Of a DNA stretch of 64,000 nucleotides, positions 58,411-64,000 are shown in pieces. The stretch is from Azolla caroliniana. Taxonomy: Eukaryota > Plantae > Polypodiophyta. Every line of letters starts with the position of its first letter. The first letter of the stretch is position 1. The notes under the pieces are model-generated. The model ran no database searches. It was not told the origin of the DNA and saw nothing but the letters and a program-made list of their open reading frames with translations. The position numbers and the translations under genes are program-made. The stretch is taken from the NCBI GenBank assembly GCA_043228905.1, contig JBHGNT010000008.1:16120001-16184000 (forward strand), written 5' to 3'.

Positions 58411-61400
58411 ACATGAGAGGGATGATGAAGATAAACCTTTGGGCATTGTAAGTGTGAGAGGAACTCTTACATATGCAAAGATTCGAGTGGAAATAATTGA
58501 GGACGGTATATTTTATGAACCATTTTCCTTTGTGTATACAAAAAATAATATTTTGAATGGGAAACAAGAAGAGAAATGTTGTTTAAAAGAAATAAAGTCT
58601 ATATCAAGCCTAGTATTGATAAACAACAAAGAGTCTCTTCAAAATAATCATGCATTAATGTTGAGGGTTCATTGTTCAATCAAGCCGAGGACAATTTTAA
58701 AGATACATCTCCAAATGAAACAATCAAGGATAAGATTCCTAGAGATGTTTTAGGTAAATGGATGATAGAATGTAATAGGATACGTGTAAAATTAAGCAAT
58801 GCTACAATTCCTCGAGATGATAAATTTGAGTTGAAGGTTGAGGATTTTTGTGGAAAAATAGTCATAAGATTATGGTGCAATGAGTGTGGAGAACCCTATG
58901 GTGCTGGTTCTACGGAAGCAAAAGTAGCAAATGTGTGTCTTAATAATATTTTTAGAAGTCATATTAAGAGCCAAAGTCATGAAAAACGATATTATGCTCC
59001 AAGGGGGTTAAGCCAACAAGATGAATCAATAAACTTATCTAAAATAAATGATGAGGCCTATATCAAGTCTTCGTTGGAAGTTCTCAAGACTTTTAATGAC
59101 ACTACAAGTGGTAAGCATGTTTGTGCTTTAAACCTTAATATTGTAGTTATGAATAATATGCTAATATATGTGAAAATGTTGTTTTATAGATGCAAAATTT
59201 GATTGAATAGAGGCAACACTTCACATTGGATATAAAGATAAGGCAATGGTGAAGGTAAAATGCAAGATTGATGGATCTTGGTTGCAAGTATGCCCTCCAC
59301 AGAGTGATTTGTCAACAATTTTGTCTCAACACATACAATCCAAGACCCATCTAAAGGTAGTGGAGATGGTTCAACATGTTGGTACACCAATAATGAGTGG
59401 ATTTCTGGGTCGTCTACGAAAACAAGAAGCTTTACCTTCAAATCAACAAACCTTGAGCAAATTTCTTGTTTTAACTTTGCAACCTTCGTCTAGTCAAGAA
59501 TGTGAGTTCTCTACTCCACATTATTTTGGTTTGTCACTATTGTGTTGGGGATATTGGCATAACAACATAGTGATAAATGATGAAGAGATACATGTAAAAT
59601 CATTTCTCATTGATCAAAATCATGGCGCCTTATGGTACTCTGAGCCTTACACCAAAGCTGTTGTGATGTATGAGATGCAAGAGTGTGTTATTGATGGATG
59701 TTTTCGTCATTTTGATTGTAAAAGAGTATCGAAGCTTGAAGAACCCTTTCATAATCTTACATGTGAAAAATGTAATGATTTTGTATGAGGGTATATAGGG
59801 AGCGTAGGGCTAAAGTCAAAAGAGGTAATCGAGGAACTAGGGAGGGTAGGCGACTAGATTATCTTACTTAAGAAGACACAAGAAAGGAAATTTCAAGTTC
59901 TAAGCAAACAATCCGTCGCACTCATAGACAAATATGGTGGCTAGCTTGCAAAGTTGCAATGCTTTCAGTAAAGGTAATGACTCTCAAGGAAGCATCCCTT
60001 GAGAGTGTGGAATGGAAGGATGTTCGAAGATTTTGTAATAATATTATTGAGGCTCATCGAGCTGGAAAATTTGGTGGAAAGAATGCATCATGGGATTTCT
60101 TGACAAATGTTGCACAAAACCTTACTCAAAAGCCACATGGACAACGATTTAAAGACACATCTAAGGCAATTTTTGTCATGATTAAAATGTCGGGTGGACC
60201 AAGACTACACGACTTTGTTTCTAAATATTTAGATGGACCATCATTAAGCACTACAAAGAGAGTTGAGAGGAAGACATCTAAATACCTTCTAGGGATCCAT
60301 GAATATATATTTTAGGATGTGGCTAAGATTTATGAAAATGAAAAAAGAGTGCATGGCATTATAACAAAGGTTCCTTTCATTATTGTCGAGGATGAGACTG
60401 TGATTAAGTGGAATGTTAAGTGGGATAGCTCAAATAATTTACTTTTGGGTTTTTGTGGGCTGAAGTCATCCAATCATCAATGTGTCTCATCATGTATGAT
60501 AAAGGTGGGTGACTCAATTGTTGGTTATGAAACTATTGTTAGCTCCTTTAAAGACTATGTGGTTGGACACTATGTTAGCGTGTTAATTGCGAATCTTCTT
60601 CACCCTAAACTTCCACGATTAGTATTGGTTGTACAATGTACATGTAATTGCTTTGATGCAGATTTTGTAAAATGCCAATGGAATGAAGTGGAAACTCTAT
60701 GGGAAAAACACCTCTCCATAAGTATTGGGCCAATTGTTGGACATGCATAAGATGGAGATAGTAGGAGAAGAAAGATTATGCTTCAAGATTACTTAACCCC
60801 AAGCATATGCTTAAGATATAAATTGCCTTGGGATGGTTGGATCTTCACAAGTCAAATGCATAATGATATAGTAAGTTGTCTTCATGATCAAGATTTCATC
60901 CATAATGGAAAGAAACTTGTGAATGCACTAGATAATCCCTCAAGAAAATTAGTAATCGGAGATGTATGGATCACATTGAATCATGTGTCATTGGTATATA
61001 ATAACTTCTCTATCGATGCACATGGCTTAAGGGAATGTGATACTAAGAGAGAAGATAGAAACAATTGGGTTGGAGCCTAAAGAATTGCAAGTAGAAATGT
61101 TACTAATTGTTTAAAGATGTTATACCAAGGTGGAGAAGGTGTCAAAGTAAGAGAAAGAGGCGCTTTGGGAACACATGTATACTTGCATATATTAGGTGAC
61201 TATATGATATTTTTCTATCCCCTCATGAGAGCTTATTCAAGCGTGTGGCACTTGCATCTGAAGTTGCATTCTTCTTTCAAATATGGAGATTATGGATTCT
61301 AAATAATCCAATCTATAATTTAAAAAGTAGTTTCATTAGTCAGGAAACATTTTTGGATGTACAAATATCTTGTCACTTTGTAGTTTTACTTATAAAAATG

Positions 61401-61470
61401 TTTTGTGACTTTTATCCACAACTAGAATTTCCATTGCATCTCATAGGGTCTGATGGAGCTGAGATAGTTT
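58379..61470 (+). pseudogene. Decayed DDE transposase with P-element-superfamily-like motifs, two C2H2-like zinc fingers and at least one intron
   Basis: EDETVI (60391); GHA*DGDSRRRK (60751); QDFIHNGKKLVN (DxxH, 60892); LIGSDGAE (61461). Intron 59111-59189 (GTAAGC...CTAAT...TATAG) restores the frame. Confidence 0.65.
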
Positions 61471-62361
61471 TAGTTTTCTTGTTGTTGTTGTTACATGTTA
61501 TAATACAGGTCCAACGTTGAAGATGGAAACGACATGAAATTTATAGCATAAAATGAACTTCTTAGGGTTTTCTTTTTATATAGTTGATCTTTATAAGGGT
61601 AACATTTATTGCAATAAGTTTTTTAAGTAGACATTGCAATAACAAATTGATTTATTTTATTCCATTTGATTTCTTACACTTCAAATGGAAATATGAAGTA
61701 GGTTGCCATTTGTTTGATCAATTTGTTTGAGAAAAAATAATGTTATGGCTTCATATGAGTCTATCCATGAAACCAAACATAATGTTAATTTGTTAGTAAT
61801 TTCATTATTGATATGCATTTTGGATTGTTCCATGTGTGCTTTTTGAGATATATATGTCAAGTTCAAGATTGTTTTATTGTAAATTACATTGTTTTTTATC
61901 ACTCTATATTCTTCATACGTCTCAATAAACTAAAAACAAAAACTTACATGTGGTTTATATATGTTATACCTCTAGTGTTTTTGGGTAATGTTTCCTAATT
62001 TTGTGTGCATTACTTTGTACTTTACACATTGTGTTTTCAATCTATGTGGCACATGATGAAGCATTTCTAGGAATTTGCATATGATGTTTAATGTTGATTC
62101 ATAATTTTGCAAGTCATCAATTGTAAAGATAGTCATTGATCCCTTCTAGGATTAGAAACTATGTGTGCATGTATATTTTATATGTAAGGGTATTTGAAAT
62201 GGGTGGTTATCAAAAAATATATTGGTAATAAGGGGTATTTTTTTTAATCTTTTTTTCTACACAAGGGTCACTAAAATATTAAAAAACATACGTATAAGGG
62301 GTTTATAAATGATGTCATGAACGCACGTGATACAACCTTCTTATATATAGTGGAGTCCCCG

Positions 62362-64000
62362 GGGTGCCACCCTTTTGTTGCTGCAAGCGCGATCACAGTT
62401 CGAACTGTAGTCATCTTTGCTACAGGGGCAAAGGTCTCTTCGTAGTCAACACCGTATGTCTACATACCCCTTTGCCACAAGTCGGGCCTTGTACCGATGG
62501 AAAGTGTCATCAGTGTTGTGCTTTACCTTGAAAATCCACCGGCATCCAATTGCCTTTTGGTGGTTTGAAGAAGGGACGAGATCTCATGTCTCGTTCTTGG
62601 ACAGTGTTTGCATCTCCTCATTCATCATTTTGACCCATCTAGGGTCCTTCGTGCCTTTGGATTAGTTTTCCGGTTCTCAGACTATCGACACCTTCATTAT
62701 GAATGCATAATGATATACCATGTAGTCGTGTAGCTGAATCGACGTGGTTCTCCTGGTGTCCTTATGATAGGCACATCCAATCTACCAAACTCACATCCAA
62801 AAGTGAGTCATTTCATTTCCAACTGAGTCTTCATACTCAAGCATTTTGGCCTTCCCTTTGTCCTGTTTCAGACTCAGCCGCGACGTGCTTTGGTCGCCTT
62901 GAGGCTCGAACAAGTGAGTCGATTCATTTCCAACTGAGTCTTCGTACTCAGGCATTTTGGCCTTCCCTTTGTCCTGTTTCGGACTTGGCCGCGACGTGCT
63001 TTGGTCACCTTGAGGCTCTTGTGGTCCACTCAACTTGGTTGAGATTGGACTTTCCTCTAATGTGAACCTCAGTCGATCATCCTCCTCCGCATCTCTGTCG
63101 AACTTGGTTTCGATTGTGTCAAATGGGGCTGATTCGACTGTATACCAGGATGCTGACTCGTCAAATACTACATCCCTACTCACTCGTGCCTTCTTGGTGG
63201 AAGGGTTGAAGCACTTATACCATTTTTCCTCGAGTGAGTACCTTACAAGTATACATTTCTCTGACTTGAGATCGAGCTTCTACCACATGTCATCGGGAAT
63301 ATGTACATATGCAATTGAATCGAATATCCTAACATGAAATAGATCTGGTTTCTTCCCATAGAACTTTTCGCAGGGGTTAACTTCGTGCACTCTTGATGTT
63401 GTGCAACGATTCATCAGCTAAACAGCCACATTCACCGCTTCGGCCCAATATGACTTTGGCACATGTTTCTTATTCATCATTGCCCTTGCCACCTCGAGTA
63501 TGTGCCGATTCTTGCGTTCGGCTACTCCGTTTTGCTGAGGTGTGTGTCGGCAAGTAAACTCCCGCCGAATTCCTTCTTGTGGAAGGTATGTTGTAAAGGC
63601 GGCGGAGAAGTACTACTTGCCGTCATCCGATCGAAGGCATCGGACATGCCGACCAGTTGCCTTTTCGACTTTATTTTTGAACCTTTGGAAGTGTCCAAAC
63701 ACTTCGCTCTTCTGCCGCATGGGGTAGATCCATGTATGTGTGGAGAAGTCGTCGATGAACGTTACGTAGTACAGGCAACCACCGGATGTTGTCGTCTAGG
63801 TTGGACCCCATACATTTGAATGTATTACATCCAGGATCCCTTTGCTTGTGTTCCTCTCCTTTGGGAATGGTTGTCGGTGTTGTTTGCCGAATTGACAAGC
63901 TTCGCAAACGTGTGCAATTTCCTTTCCAATGAAAGTTGGGAGTCCGGTGACAACTCCTTTCGACTGCATTCCCTTGAGCTTTTGGAGATTGATGTAGCAT
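62362..64000 (-). mobile_element. Copia fragment L (A-like): integrase and start of RT; runs off the window
   Basis: [13 protein letters not shown]; [14 protein letters not shown]; ends at KGWH; 111-bp duplication at 62801-63018. Confidence 0.85.

Noticed and set aside
56186-58567. His/Tyr/Ile/Cys-rich ORFs in all frames
   Set aside because: Translation artefacts of the CATA/TATG low-complexity array.
62338-62362. Possible Helitron 5' end (minus strand TCCACTATATATAA) bounding the transposase region
   Set aside because: Not at an A-T target, no matching hairpin-CTRR 3' end found, and no Rep/helicase sequence; the boundary remains unexplained.

Overview
Eukaryotic, almost certainly plant, heterochromatin with no host gene. 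The transposon types suggest a non-seed plant (inference). Positions 1-56 kb are a nest of at least 12 LTR retrotransposon insertions, up to five levels deep, whose order I reconstructed from target-site duplications (TSDs). Copia A holds chromovirus C (Tf1/Sushi/Tcn1-like) in its 3' LTR. C holds copia B, a very young tRNA-Trp-primed gypsy D, and chromovirus E. B holds Tnt1/Tork-like F1 (which holds F2) and G (which holds the Pol-less element I). E holds copia H, a solo LTR and truncated gypsy J, followed by LTR fragment K. Next come a CATA-type low-complexity array, a decayed intron-containing DDE transposase with P-element-superfamily motifs (58.4-61.5 kb), and a copia fragment. Main surprises: (1) three different gypsy LTRs (C, D, I) each carry an antisense tRNA-like A-box/B-box cassette in U3 with tRNA spacing; (2) a P-like transposase in a plant; (3) a young pair, D (Pol) and I (Gag-like only), sharing cis signals; (4) a -1 frameshift pseudoknot placed after the protease in D; (5) a Tf1-type self-priming signature in C; (6) a three-LTR element G carrying captured foreign DNA. 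All calls were made by eye; no database searches were run.
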